A stretch of 63,592 nucleotides of DNA, filler included, from Choristocarpus tenellus KU-1152 (GCA_964200185.2; 10 parts of 10 records of this genome joined end to end with filler, not necessarily neighbours in it), one strand, 5' to 3'. Counted from the first letter of the whole stretch, positions 1-13,152 are shown. Notes: generated by a model not told the origin, from the sequence alone. Numbers and translations are program-made.

Positions 1-33
1 GTGTAGACCCCCCCCCCCCCAGATACTTTGTCT
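1..33. mobile_element. Terminal fragment of the ~175-bp MITE family (window edge)
   Basis: GTGTAGACCCCC...CCAGATACTTTG matches the reverse complement of the 4903-4940 end and the 15669-15704 end. Confidence 0.65.
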
Positions 34-3000
34 GAAATAGATAGTGGTGGTGGCGTTGTAGAGGAAATTAGAATCACAATTGACAACAAGATTTGTACTA
101 GTAATAGTGGTGAGCCAAAGTAATCGTGAGGTACCCAGGTTTGGCCGTTACGCATTTTAACCCAGTGTCTCCATATTTCACATTTCACCCATATCGATGG
201 ATGAACTGATGAGTTTGACTTGAGAGAGTATATTTTTCTATTGTTTTAAACTTTTGGACAAGAAATATCAACTCACTCATTATTTGTACAAAAATGCCGA
301 ATTTTGAACATACTTGTCAGCATCTTTAAAATGAACTCTGGTTGCCTCTCATTTACTTTGACTCAATTAGTGAGTGGTTCAATATCTATCTCCACCTCTG
401 TACAAATCAAGTGGGAAAATGGGTCAGGACACTCCACAACAACACCTCGGTATTTATTATTTTCCTATACACCTATTGACACTGAAGCTACCTGTGGTGG
501 TACCTACCTCAAGAATTACAAATCATTTTTTGCAGGGGGAAAGGCCCTCAACGCTCTATACTATAGATACTATGAAAATATCCCCGGAAAGTTGCACATA
601 CGGGTATATAGTCTATTTTTCTCAGGCCATACCTGGCCGATACATGTTCTAACTTTTTCTTGAACAGAACGGAGCAAGTGCTAAACATGGGTACTATGAT
701 TGCCAAATCCCACTTTTTTTCAGTTCTCATTTTCGAGGATACGCACGATATAGAGTGACCTACATAAATAAATCATCTTTATGCCTCTATAGTGTTACAA
801 TGTGTACTGTAAAAATGAAAAATAAAACACAGATTTTGAATGACAAGTCGGATACGGCAATCATTAGAACCGGATGTAGGTGCTTGCTTGGTGATGTCAA
901 ATTAAAATCAGAACACAAATTGGTCATGTACATAGCCGAAGACAAGTGATACCATGCACTCACATTTAAAATTTGGGGGGGAAAGAATTTTCGTGACCTA
1001 GAAGGCCCACACACCTGCACTTTGTCAAAATCGTAGAGCCTCGAGTTGTAATAAAAAGGATTATTCAGACGAATTTTATTATCACGACCTGAACAACACT
1101 GGCCTGCTGTGTCTCAAAGGGAATGTCAAAGCATGAGCAGTCAAAATCAACATATGAATCAGACAAAGATACTTCATAGGAAAGGAAGCTAAAGAGTAAG
1201 AAGTAATGGATCTCATAGGGTTCCAGGGGAGTTAATACCCGAACAAAATGCCTCCAACCGTTCGAGTTTGAACATTTTGTCGAAAAAACTAAGGAAAAAC
1301 TGCCTGGACACTCCTCAAAAAATCAGATAGTTCTTGACTGTACCAAGCAGCTGCTGTTAGCACCAGACCTTTGCTGTTGACATGGCAAAATCTATTATGT
1401 AGATCAGAATATACTCCCCCCCCACTCTCGCCTTCCACAACAGTCCTGAAAAGAAAGTACCAGGTGTGGTCCTAATACTCCTTGAGAAGAAAGAGGACAA
1501 GGGGAGCTTCGCACGTTCAGTAGACATGTTCACTTTTGTTACTAAACCTTCCTTCTTTGTCGTGCACAGTGCAACAAATCAAAAAATAAAATATTAAACA
1601 ATGAAACATGAACATCCTTTGTCAAAATCCCATGGTCGCATTCTCGTAAAATCAGTCCAAATGACTATGGATTATCCGACACCTAACATGACCTTCACTG
1701 TGTATATTAAATATAACTAAGGGCTTCTTCTGCGATGCATCACGCAACTATAAAAATAAGAAACATTTACCATGAAGAAAATATAAGTTACAATCTAATT
1801 CATGAGCCCCCAACTCCTTCCTCCCATTTGCATCCCTGTGTGTATGCAGATTCACCACATGGAAAAAGTGACATCCCCAGTATCAATCTCATTCTCCTTG
1901 AGCCTCAGTTGCTGCCACATTGGGGATCGCTTCTGAAGTGTATGCACCACCCAACTCTATGAACTCAGAGTGAAATATCCTCTGTAAGCTAACACTAACA
2001 ACTGAGAATGAAAAAACCTCTTTGGATAAAAAGAAAAGTTCACAGTCGTGGTACACATAGCCTCCCCCAGCTACTCTAAACACTCGGTCCCGCTCCAGTC
2101 TCTGTTGTGCAGATCACCACAGGATTTGTGCAGAGTGCAGAGAATAACATCTGGCAAGGTCATGGTAGTGGTACAGGTTGAGATGGTGGGCTCGAGTTGA
2201 GGGGGAAATACGTATGAATTAAAAAAAGGATCAGGGGAAGGTCCACTGTGGTATGCAGGACCCCCAGTGGAGCCAAGCAAAATGCCAATCATCTGCTCAC
2301 AGGAAAAAAACAAAAAAAAATCAGTGGTAATCCAATCAAGCAGGCCCACTGCCTAAATACTACTGCAGTTTTGATCATATAGATAACACATACAAACAAT
2401 TCAATTTAGGATTAGTGTAGAGATATTGTTTCCACCAATGGCAACATCAACCAATTAAAATACGTTCAAAGACCACAACTTGATCACCATTGTGTCCCTT
2501 AAGCATACAAGTCTACCCCCAGTCATTTCAGACACCTACAACAGCTACATAGACAGAACAGAGTACAGATAGCTTCATGGATGCATAGGCTGAAACATTA
2601 CAACCCCCTCTTTAGCTGCTGCCATGTATGGCAAGGGAAAAATGCTATTGATAATACTTCAAACCGGACAAACTAGCTGTGACAAGAGCCACAACCTGAC
2701 CCAGGGAGAATGAGCTCTCACAGGCTTTCCAAAGGTCAGAATTAATGGTTTAACAGAGTCATGTCGTCAGCTAGGTGATCAGAATCATCAGGGTCAGATC
2801 AGGGCGTTGAGTGGGACTGGGCCACACACACTGACTCAAGCAAGACGTATATTGACAGGGTCTTGTCAGTTCTCACTTTGTTTTATATACCCTGAGATGT
2901 TTGTAAACATACTCTGATACCTATTACTATAATAGCACTAGATAAAAAAGAAAGACGTGTTCTATCTTCTTTTCTTATACTCTCATTTTAAATGTAAAAT

Positions 3001-4479
3001 GTTGAGAGGGCCTGTATATCTCAGTTCATATACTTGTTTAACGAAAAAGCTCCTGTATGACATTATATAACGTCAACAATTGTAACACCCATCACAAACC
3101 GTCTCTTTGCCCTGTGACGGTCTTGGAGAAGGCACAAACGGCTGTCCAGGATTCTCCGTGTTTGCGTCTTAGTTCCTCTATCTCCTTGGGCATACTTGGT
3201 CACCCCAAGGTGAGGTGCCTGTTGCAGTATCCTAGACGGGTGTCAATGTATGCATTTTTGAGTAACAAGGGCTTACAATATCTTCTGCCTGACATCCCCA
3301 TTTCCATTCTTGGATGTAGCTAAGCCCCCTTATGAGGCTGTGGTTGTAAAACAGGATACAAAGTAGTTCTCCAAGCACGTGCAAAACCGCCCTACAGAGG
3401 GCTAGGGGCACATATACGACAATGCAGTTCTCAAATACTCAATGGAACTCCCTTCCGGCATAGGACAGGTTGATAAGAATCAAATACACCAGACACTCCA
3501 CTTTCCTAAAGTGCATACCACACTTCAAATAAGCCAGTGTCAGAGAGAGGCATTAAAAAAACACCACCGCCTGACGACTTACAGGTACAATACTACAGTC
3601 CAACCAAACATACCCAGCAAAGACAACTGAGTAGACTGCAACATTTGGCCTGCCCCATCAGTCTTCGGAGTTGAGGTCACCTTCTCGTTCCAATACTTGA
3701 CAGGTCAAACTCTATGTTGTCCTCCACCTCTCCCTTCAGCATATTGGTGGTCTCCAGTCTCAGGACATCTAAATAACTGACATTTTAGTAAGGGACTTGA
3801 TAAACTCTTATCTGATGACCCTCACTCCATGCCATATTCTCCACGCCGCCACAAACTTATCGGCTCCAATCTTGACAGCTTCTTCTTGGCATGAGCTGGA
3901 GAGAGGGCACAGCTATATCATTAGATCTGCTGTGATCCGATGTTGTACCTGCAGAACCTTTGCTCATATTCCCCCTTCGAATCCAAGTGGGGCATTGAGG
4001 AAATCTCTCTGAAACTCCAGCTCAACCACAGCTCTATCCCTCAATCAAGTGTCCCCATTAACACACACATCACTACACTACACTCGTTGTGCGTATCCAG
4101 ATCAATGTAATTTATTGAAGAAATAAATAATAAATAAATAATACGCAGAAAAGGCGCAAGAGAAAGAACTAGAGTAGTAGCTGCAAAAGGGAAATAAAAA
4201 ACAATGCTTGGGAAAATACAAGCACTACAAGAAAAGTGAATGAACTAGAAAGAGTAATGAAGAAGAGCCCAGATGCAATGCTGCACGACCCAATACTTGG
4301 GGGATACGATACCACCAGCGTTGTCCACATCGCCAGGTCCAACATAAAATATTCAAAAATAAAATAAAACCAAGTACCACACAAGGTTCATCTAAATCCA
4401 AAACATCACTCCTTACATATCACACAAGGAAAAAGAAATAGAGAGACAACAATCAACCGCCCCAAAAAGAGACAATGAG

Positions 4480-5584
4480 AAAAGATGCATTCAGCTGACA
4501 GTAGCGACTGTGCAACAGCCGTCATCTCCTTTGACAGCCACAACTGCCACTTTAGCATTGCGTACGTCACCTATCACAGCTTCCCTGGCATGACATGACA
4601 TTCTTTGTGCCATCAACTACACACTCATGCTGCCTGTGTTGGTCTACTCATCTTGTGCTCTATCCCTCACCCTGTGGTCCCAAACTTCTCAACGTTGTCT
4701 TGTAGGTACAACCACCAGTTATTCTCCTATCCAGCTTGCTTCAGATGGTAATATGTAAATTTCCTATCAACTCCTTTGAGAGTCGCTCATCCCCCACGCA
4801 TGCAACCAACCCTCCAATCAGTTGCCTAGTTGCCTCTATTTCCGCACAGTTGCTTCGATACTCTTATACCCAGTCTTCACAAGGGGGTCTTCACTGCAAA
4901 ATTACTCAAAGTATCTGGGGCGGGGGTGGGGTCTACACCAGGGTGTTCATTCGGGTCTTGACCAGGAGTGCACTTATATTATCCACCCGACGCATGCAAC
5001 CAAATCACCCAAAAATCGTGATATGGAAAAATGGGTCCCAAATGGACAGCCAGGACCCCACCCCATACTTTGAGCCAATGTGTGATTGGTACGTTTGTGC
5101 TTCAAAATCTGATGCACTTCAAGAGAATGTCTTGGTGGCGAGAGCAAACCTTCATGTAGTGTAACACATTATTTAGCTGTGAACCTGGCAGAGAGTATGT
5201 GTAACACAGCTAAATGGCAGGATCTGAAGCACTTCAGCCTTGAACATTCGAATCTTCATCTCAAGGTGATAGACACACCTAATGGTGTTTAGGAAGGCAC
5301 TTGACTGTACTTGTGAAAACAACCAAAGCCATTGGCTAGTGTCAGCAGTGATATCAGCAAAAGCAATGTGCCTTCAAGGTAAATAAATCTGTCGATCTTC
5401 TTGTAGTTTTAGGGTCCAAAGTGTGCAGATTGACAATGCCTGTAGTTTTTCTGTGAGGTCAAAAGGCACATGGTTTCGGCCTTCAACTGACACACAGTCG
5501 GTTCAAAGGGCCTGGCCACCTTTACAATCACTGTCAGTCCTTGGACCTTAGCAATAATTCCCACATCACCAGCAAACAACATAC
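4480..5584 (-). mobile_element. Degenerate RTE-type non-LTR retrotransposon remnant (RT C-terminal half)
   Basis: Minus strand reads MLFAGDVGII (decayed MLYADDAGIV RT motif) just below 5584. Downstream it reads KHKRTNHTFCSEDPLVKTGYKSIEATVRK*...GLVACVGDERLSKEL, resembling the RTE C-terminal region. It carries stops and frameshifts, is interrupted by a MITE at 4903-5076 and is cut at 5585 by a TIR element. Lower boundary approximate. Confidence 0.75.
4903..5076. mobile_element. MITE, 174 bp, TIR (T/G)(A/G)CTCAAAGTAT, 3-bp TSD AAT (PIF/Harbinger-like)
   Basis: AAT|TACTCAAAGTATC...CATACTTTGAGCC|AAT. Removing the element plus one AAT restores the RTE reading frame. A second copy lies at 15528-15704 in the opposite orientation. 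Confidence 0.85.
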
Positions 5585-5821
5585 GAGTCAAAGTATCTTA
5601 GAGGGTAGAGCCGCGTCCAATTGGGGGCCAAAATCCAATGTTGCGATTTTGATGTAATTTTGGCCATCATTTTTGTTAAGTGTCAATATCCTTGTTCCAA
5701 ACACACCCTTTCATAACGTATGCATTTTACCTCCTCCGAAACATTTTGGAGTAGGAAAATGTCATTAAAAAAAACATGGGAAGCCAAGCCCCAAATGGAC
5801 AAATGGGGCAAAACTCGTACC
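5585..5821. mobile_element. End of a longer TIR element (GAGTCAAAGTATC), related to the MITE; runs into contig end
   Basis: Starts GAGTCAAAGTATCTTAGAGGGTAGAGCC. About 160 bp match the reverse complement of 12722-12887. Shares CCCAAATGGAC with the MITE. Confidence 0.7.
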
Positions 5822-5921
5822 NNNNNNNNNNNNNNNNNNNNNNNNNNNNNNNNNNNNNNNNNNNNTTAATTAATTAANNNNNNNNNNNNNNNNNNNNNNN
5901 NNNNNNNNNNNNNNNNNNNNN
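5822..5921. other. Artificial contig linker N44-TTAATTAATTAA-N44
   Basis: 100-bp spacer with stops in all six frames. Identical copies at 9348-9447, 12429-12528, 17212-17311, 24492-24591, 27937-28036, 30929-31028, 39093-39192 and 52441-52540. Confidence 0.98.
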
Positions 5922-5981
5922 GCGGAGGGGCGGGGGAGGGGGGAGGGAGAAAAAAGGGGGGGGGGGGGGGGGGGGGGAGAG

Positions 5982-6020
<39 letters not shown>

Positions 6021-7277
6021 CAGTGCAAGTGGTGGAGGCTCAAGCGGTCCTGAGGGGGTTGGAGAGGGAGGAAGAGGGAATGGTGAGGCTGTGACCACCA
6101 GTGGTGAAGGTGACAGTAGAGAAGATGGTCGCATGGATAACCGCAATACTGACACACACACGGATATGAAAGAGACGGGTCATGCTTTTGGGTCCGTTGC
6201 CTCTTTTGAGCAGCAGATGTCGCCTTCTTCACTTCGGGCCATCGAACAGATTGCACAGGTTGATTGTGGGGAAGATTTTCAAGTTGAAATCTTTTTTTAC
6301 CCCCTTTTCTTTGTCAACTTCCAAGCCTATTTTTTTTTTGCTTACTATTTCCTCGTTATCTTGGTGCTACACTTCCTTTCAAAAAAGTGCATGTATGCAC
6401 TAGTAAAGATTCTGTTCTTAATTTCAGAATAGGGGAAGAGATACCGAAATTTGAATACCATCTGCGTTTTTTCATGATCTCTTAGGGCATCTTCTTATGC
6501 AGATCATTTTCAATTGGTTGTGAGTGTACAACCCCAAAAGCACAAAATGTGGATGCAGGTCTCATTTTATTTCCTTCTCCAAAAGATTATCCCATGCCAA
6601 CACTTCAAATCTTAGATTTGTTCTCCTTTTTCCTCCCCCCCATTCCTCTACCAGTCGCCAGAGATGAAGTTTGTGATGAGATCAAGAGAATGAATGCATG
6701 TGCACTGTAGTTAAACACTGAATAATGTTGAATGTGCCTTCTCACATCCCAAAATGTGTGTAGCTCCAACGCTAAATCCAACCCTAATTCCACCCACCCC
6801 CCACACACTGTTGTTGAAAGGTGTAGAGCGTGACGCCAATACCCTTCTCGACATCATACTTTTTGTGCACCTTCTGCAAGTAAACCCTTTGTTCCAAAAT
6901 CCCCAATCCTATACCCCCTGTGAATGTACATCCTTCTGTAAGTAATCTACCCTTCATGTTCCCTCCTTTTGGACGGATCTTCCACCCCACCCCCCCCCTG
7001 TGACTCTCTCTCTCTCTCTCTCTTGTGCTGACCTCCTTAACTGTTTATGCATTTACAGTTACGTGGTGCTAAGCATGAACATTTCATCAGCTCAGGTCGG
7101 GGGGGAGGCGGAAGTGGGATTGGGACTGGCAGCAGCGGGGGTGGGTTAGGAGGGAGAGGTATCGACGATGGCGATGGTGGTGATGTTGTTGATGAGGGTC
7201 CCATGCAGAGCTGGAGTCAGGCTGTACAGGGAGGTGGCCACCTCTTGGACAGGTGTGCTGCTCCACTCCTAAGATGA
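5922..7277 (+). CDS. Partial Gly-rich hypothetical protein (two probable exons)
   Basis: Exon up to 6258 (...GSVASFEQQMSPSSLRAIEQIAQ|GT) and exon from 7059 (CAG|LRGAKHEHFISSGRGGGG...), both phase 0. No recognisable domain. Confidence 0.45.
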
Positions 7278-10200
7278 CTTTGGCACAGAGCAAAGTTAAA
7301 TTTGATGTAAAGTTAAATTTGATTCGGTTCTGCCGCTGTACTCATTTTGTTGTTGTGGATTTTGGTCAGCGAGAAATAATTGCAAGGCGTTTTTAACACG
7401 AAGTATTCTAGTGGGTGGTCTTTTGTCGTTGGGGATATCACTCTCCCCCTATATAAATCTATACATGAAAGGGATGTACATGCATAGCTATATTTCCAGG
7501 TTTAATTAAGGTAGGTTAAAGTTAGATTCAAGATGCATGCATAGATTCAAGGTAGATTCAAGGAACTGTGGAGGGATTGTAGATTTTGTGATGAGCTTAG
7601 TTTTTTTTTTTTTAGGATTTCAAGAGCCAAGGATACAAATGATCCCAGTTGTCTAAAGGCGAGCTTTCTAGTGGGGAGGTTGAAGTGTTGGTGCTTGCAG
7701 TGATGTTCTAAAATTAGCCTTGCGATCATACATACTATTTTCTGAATATTTTCACTGATGGAAGGTATATGCATGTAATTTTTGTTTGTTTTGTAGAGGG
7801 TGTAATGAGATGTGTAAATATATATATATATATATATAGTTGTATGTGTTTCTCCTCCGGTGCAGTGATATTGTTGGAATGTGAATAGTAATAATCAAGA
7901 TTCAGATCTTAGCATGGTGATTACCTCAGTAAGAGTACAGCAGGCCCCTAATTCTTTGCGGAGAACCTCTTGTGTACCTGCTGGGATCTACTCGAGGGCC
8001 TGTTTAGGTGACAGGTGATAAGTACATTTTTTGCAGTAGCACACTAGTGCCAAGTTTCCTTACAAGGTGTTTGTTTGTTCATGTGTTTTGTGCCCTACAC
8101 CCGGCCCCGTCCCATGTTTAAGTTTTTTTGGGAAGGTGGAGGGAGGATTTTTTGTGACTGCTTTTGAATTCAATCACTACTCACTATAGTGCTGTGTGTA
8201 AGAAGTCTTTGTGGGTTTAGTGATGCGGTTTCCGTGTTGCGTACCCTGTAAGAGGGGAATGCATGTAACAGGGGAATGCAGTGGTTGGAGAGAAACAAAG
8301 CCCGTTGAATGGGCTAAGATAAGAAGCATTTGCGCCTTTCAATGTGTAGGCTGAGAGAGTTAGCTTGGAACCTAATTCACCTTGGAGTGAACCCTGGGAT
8401 AAGCGGTTGTTTGGTTGTCCTGTTTTGAAATCTTTCAGGGTATGCAATGTTTGTGCATGATCGTGGTTTTTGCCCTGTTTTTGGATGAAAGTGTTGAGGT
8501 AATCAGCTCCTGTGTGGGCTACGTAGTCATTCCACTTCTGGATCAGCAGGGAGGTCCTTTGTAGATATGTCAAGGTCTAAATTAAGGTTGACTCTACTGC
8601 AAGTACCGCGGGTTGACACAAGGGTGTCGGTGTTGCAAAGCACATGCAACATGTTGTGTGTTGCTTTGGTGATTGTCACCCTTTCTTGTTCTTTTGTGGG
8701 TCAGCGTAATGCGTGAATGTTGGGTTTTATAGTCTGGAGGTGGGCTTTTGTGAGTGATAGAATTTTCTTATTTTATGTTGTGGAAGGCGTTTTTTTTGTG
8801 CATGTGTTGTTTCGCACGTTCTGTTGGTCTCCTCCTCAGGGCGACCCTTGCATCTTTTTTGAATTGAGGGTGGTGTTTGTTGGTGTTTGTTGGTGTTTGG
8901 TGGTGTTTGTTGGTGAAGGTGTGAGTGTGACTAACCCGAACGCTGCACCTGATGAGTTGTATTTAATTTAGCTCTTTGACTGTTGAATGCCAGTGTGCAT
9001 GCAATGTATCTAAGGGTGTATTTATACATATGTGTGGCGGAATAGAGTCTTAAGGGTGCTTGTGAGAAAGTTTACTTACTCGGTGGGACGGTGTGCCGAT
9101 GGCTATTCCAGGGCAATATCATCTTCATTCTGATTGTTAGCAATAGGTCACACCTTGTCTGGGAGGAGAAGATAAATCAGATCAATCCGTCTTGTTGTTT
9201 CTCACAGAATATATATTTTTATTGGTATCGCCTTCCATTCCCTGCTCCCGTCAAAAACCAACCTTGGTCTCTCTAGACCCCCGCACCCTCTCCCCCGTAA
9301 ACTGATTGCCCCTCCATCAATTCCTGTGCCGCCGACCCTTATGATCGNNNNNNNNNNNNNNNNNNNNNNNNNNNNNNNNNNNNNNNNNNNNTTAATTAAT
9401 TAANNNNNNNNNNNNNNNNNNNNNNNNNNNNNNNNNNNNNNNNNNNNAAAAAAAAAAGCATGACAAAAAAATTTCCCAAAATTCATTGGAACGGACGGGC
9501 CTTGAAAATATTATTATTATAAAAATATATATATTATACTCTATTTTTTGGAGGTCGTTAGTAACAGACCTCAATATGATCAAAATCATGAATACTGGGT
9601 GAAAAACGTAACCACCCCACAACTACCAATCAAATTGTAGGTGAGTATTTGAAAAATCAAAACGAACAAATCGACCATGACCATGACCATGACCCCCTCT
9701 CCCCTCCCCCTGAAAATTCCACATGCTTGGTTTAAAATAAAACTGAAACGCACACAACCCCTGTCACTGTCACTGAGCCAAAGGTGCCACATTTTTTGTT
9801 TATCATGCTTGCGTGTGATGGGACGGGATGGGATGGGATGGTATGGTAAATCAACAACCAATCAAATCAGTCGGATAGTGACAATAAAAAACAACTCTAG
9901 AGATAGAACACGTACCACACAAAGAAGCAAAGATAATTTATATGTATTATTTATTTCCCTAAAACAAGGTTGCCAACACCAAAGTGGATCACATACCATC
10001 ACCACCCTCAGGCCCCTCTTCAGCTCCTTCAACTCCACAATCAAAAATTAGTGTAATTAGTGCTCCAACAGTGCCCTCGAGGAGGCTAAACTCCACACTA
10101 TCCTGTCAAACACCCCGAGGTGTAGAAAGAGGAACTAACAACACTGCCCTTTTCCAAATGATAACACCAAAAACAATACACCCCCCTCCCCCTCCCCCTC

Positions 10201-10369
10201 CCCTGCCCCACTCCTCAGAAGCATCTAGGGAAAGGGCAATACTCAGAAAGATGTATTCGTGCACCACCACAATACACACACAAACATCTAAGTTTTTATC
10301 TCCACACTCTCATGTGCCAAGTGTCTTCCACATCACGCCAAGCCACCTTTAGTGCTTGGCGCACCATAC

Positions 10370-11350
10370 CTGTGCTCCGAGGAAGTTGTTCCTCTTCCGC
10401 CCTCTCTTGTTGTATGACCTCTGAGAACGAGGAATCCACCGTTCTGGATCTGGTTTGGGAATAGGCTTGTTCGGATCAAGCTTGCCTGTCATGTCATGAC
10501 CATGATTGTAACAAGGGCAAGAAAGTCACTTAAACAGCGCAGAAGCACAGTGGACGTGTGATCCCAATGAGGCGAAAGAGGTAGGGTTAGGGTTGTAACT
10601 TAAGGAGTCCGAGAAATGGCAAGAAGGTGTCTAGTGGTGTCACTTTTGTGTGTGACAAGGGGGGGATATCAATTTTGAGTACACTATTGAGAACATAAAG
10701 CAATGAAATAGAGTGTATTGTACAGGGTAAGAAATATGACTTAGAATGCAGTAAGGTCCAAACATGCATACCTCTCAATTGGTTTGGTTGTATGTATGTA
10801 TGTATGTATGTATGTATGCATGTCAACTACAACAGCACATAAAAGCAATGCATTCACACTCCTCTTTTCATGACCTCAAAACAGCAGCAACCAATCAAAA
10901 CCCATACATTTATGCATTATACTTCCACACATACAATGTAAGGTACGCCTTTTAGAGACTCTCCTCTATCTCTATTCTTTTCCCCCTTGCAATGAGCTTT
11001 GCCAGGTATCCAAAGTACAGTACCACTATAGTCAGGAATAGAATACCACTCTCTCTTCAAGGAAAACACCTTCAGCTGACCCTCTTCTACCTCACTTCTT
11101 ACCCCCCTCAACCAATACATTTGAAAGGAACATACCATACTACACATCAAGTTCTACAATCCGCTCAAGATACACCTTCTTAGGATCCTCTTCAAACTCT
11201 ACTTATCTCCCCCTCACCATCTGCAACCAGCTTTGCCAGGTATTTCTCCCTCTGCTTGGCACGCCTGTGACTCCTCACCCCCGGCTTCATCCTCTGTTCC
11301 CTCCGTTCCGCCTTCTGAGAGGCTTTATCAACCAGAACCAGGCGTTTTGC
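10370..11350 (-). CDS. SRP72: Signal recognition particle subunit SRP72, C-terminal RNA-binding region (partial)
   Basis: Exons 11350-11218 (AKRLVLVDKASQKAERREQRMKPGVRSHRRAKQREKYLAKLVAD) and 10485-10370 (GKLDPNKPIPKPDPERWIPRSQRSYNKRGRKRNNFLGAQ). GT-AG sites are phase-compatible, and PDPERW is the SRP72 signature. Not in the ORF track. Confidence 0.88.
10650..10788. repeat. Dispersed ~140-bp repeat, copy 1 (SRP72 intron)
   Basis: Reverse-complement similarity to 18495-18635: CCTCTCAATTGGTTTG / CAAACCAATTGAGAGG, TTAGAATGCA, GCAATGAAATA, ACACTATTG, ATCAATTTTG. Confidence 0.65.
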
Positions 11351-12721
11351 CTGGTGAAAAAAAATGAGCACGGACGTTGCAACATCACAAAAACAACAAA
11401 TTAAATTCGAGTTATACTGTTACCGTTGATAACGTTTAAATATTTTTTTTTCTTAAAAAATCTCAAACAACAAATTAATTTCTCGACAGAACGCAGAACA
11501 ATTAGAAAAATTGTTCTGTTTGCATCAAGGAACAAAAAAAAGTCACTATTAAAAGAAACGAATTTTGAAACCCCCCCGACAGCAGAAGGTACACCTCCAA
11601 TGTGTCACACCATACACACCAGTAGTAGTAACCTTAATCTTAGTATTAAATATATATTATTTATATTGTACAACAAAATTAAAAAGAAGGTAATTGTTGC
11701 AACCCATGCACGTCAACGCCTGTTTCTAATGACAAAAAACTCATGTAAAAAAGAAAGACCTCAAGTTAGGAATTTCTTTCCTTGACCAATCACCAAAAAA
11801 GAAGGAAAGAAAGAAATTAAAAAAAAAGCTACAGGGCATCCTCCAGATTTACTCTCTCTGTTCATAATAGAGGTAGATCAGTTAAAAAATAAAAAGCGAC
11901 TATTACATACATTTTTTTTTTGTAAACACAAATAGTACTCCAAGTTGTCCAAATTGAGGGGCTTCTCTCTTACAACAGATTAATCCCAACTAGAGTACAG
12001 CATGCCAACACCCTCAGAGCTTAACTGCGAGTATATTAGATGTGAAATAGATCACCATGCTGTTAAAAAAACCAACACAAAAGTAGAGTTAAAAAGTGTA
12101 AAAATAAAATAATATATATATATATAAATTTTACAAATTACACAATTATCCTTCTTCTAGCATCACTAATAAATAAAAACATAGTTGCCCCGAGAAATCT
12201 TACAACTGCACAAAATAAACAAAAACATAGAAGCTGTACATACAAGAAGAGTTCTGCGAGATGAATGTGCAAGCAAAAACTCAGCACAAAAACGACCAAT
12301 CAAAATTTCCCTTCAATTTCATTTTTTTGTGATAAAAACAGCACTCTTAAAAAAAAGAAGAAGCCTTAACCCTAAATTTGGGGCAGTAACCCTCCCCCCC
12401 CCCCCCTCCAAAACATTTTTTTTTTATTNNNNNNNNNNNNNNNNNNNNNNNNNNNNNNNNNNNNNNNNNNNNTTAATTAATTAANNNNNNNNNNNNNNNN
12501 NNNNNNNNNNNNNNNNNNNNNNNNNNNNGGCACCACTACGATTTGGAAGCGACCTCGACCAAGCCAAAGGTATAATAAGGACAGACAGGCCCCCCGGGGG
12601 GGGAAGCCGGTAACGGTTTTGGTATGCTTATATGTATGGTACGCTATATATTGTATTATACAATACATACATACATACATACATACATACATACGTCTTC
12701 TTCTACTAGTTATAAATATCT

Positions 12722-12887
12722 GTTGGAGGGTTATGTAGGTAAAATGTACATGTTTTGAAAAGGTGTGTCCGGATCAAGGATATTGACACTTCCTAACAAA
12801 CACCATAGCCAAAATTACATCAAAATCGCAACATTGGATTTTGGTCCCCAAAAGGACATGGCTCTACCCTCTAAGATACTTTGACTC
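12722..12887. mobile_element. End of GAGTCAAAGTATC-TIR element (second copy)
   Basis: Ends ...GGCTCTACCCTCTAAGATACTTTGACTC|AAT; reverse complement of 5585-5745. Confidence 0.7.
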
Positions 12888-13152
12888 AATTTGCATCCAG
12901 GCCGTTATTGTCGTACTGCAAAGGGCAATACCGATTGGGGTGTGTTAAAGTACAACTTATGAAAATGCTCCGTAATTACATATATATATATGTTATCATG
13001 CCCTTTGATGTTTTCCATGTCTTCGAGAAGAGTATTATACGTAGATAATTTGAGGCCCATAAAAAAGATGGTCCAGCCAACTTTTGTAACGAAGAATGAT
13101 GGGCCCCAGGAGAAGAGTGGGTTCCATTCTTCTTCAGGAATCAGTCTTATAA

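Noticed and set aside
3090-4020. Possible small minus-strand exons (e.g. EYEQRFCSSCQEEAVKIG)
   Set aside because: Splice-like sites are present, but I could not build a consistent frame or recognise a product.
5866-5877. Recurring palindromic TTAATTAATTAA as a biological motif or piggyBac TSD
   Set aside because: It is always centred between two N44 runs, so it is an artificial six-frame stop linker.
7547-8573. Minus-strand ORFs in strand-skewed sequence, possibly an old LINE
   Set aside because: No diagnostic RT or endonuclease motif was seen.
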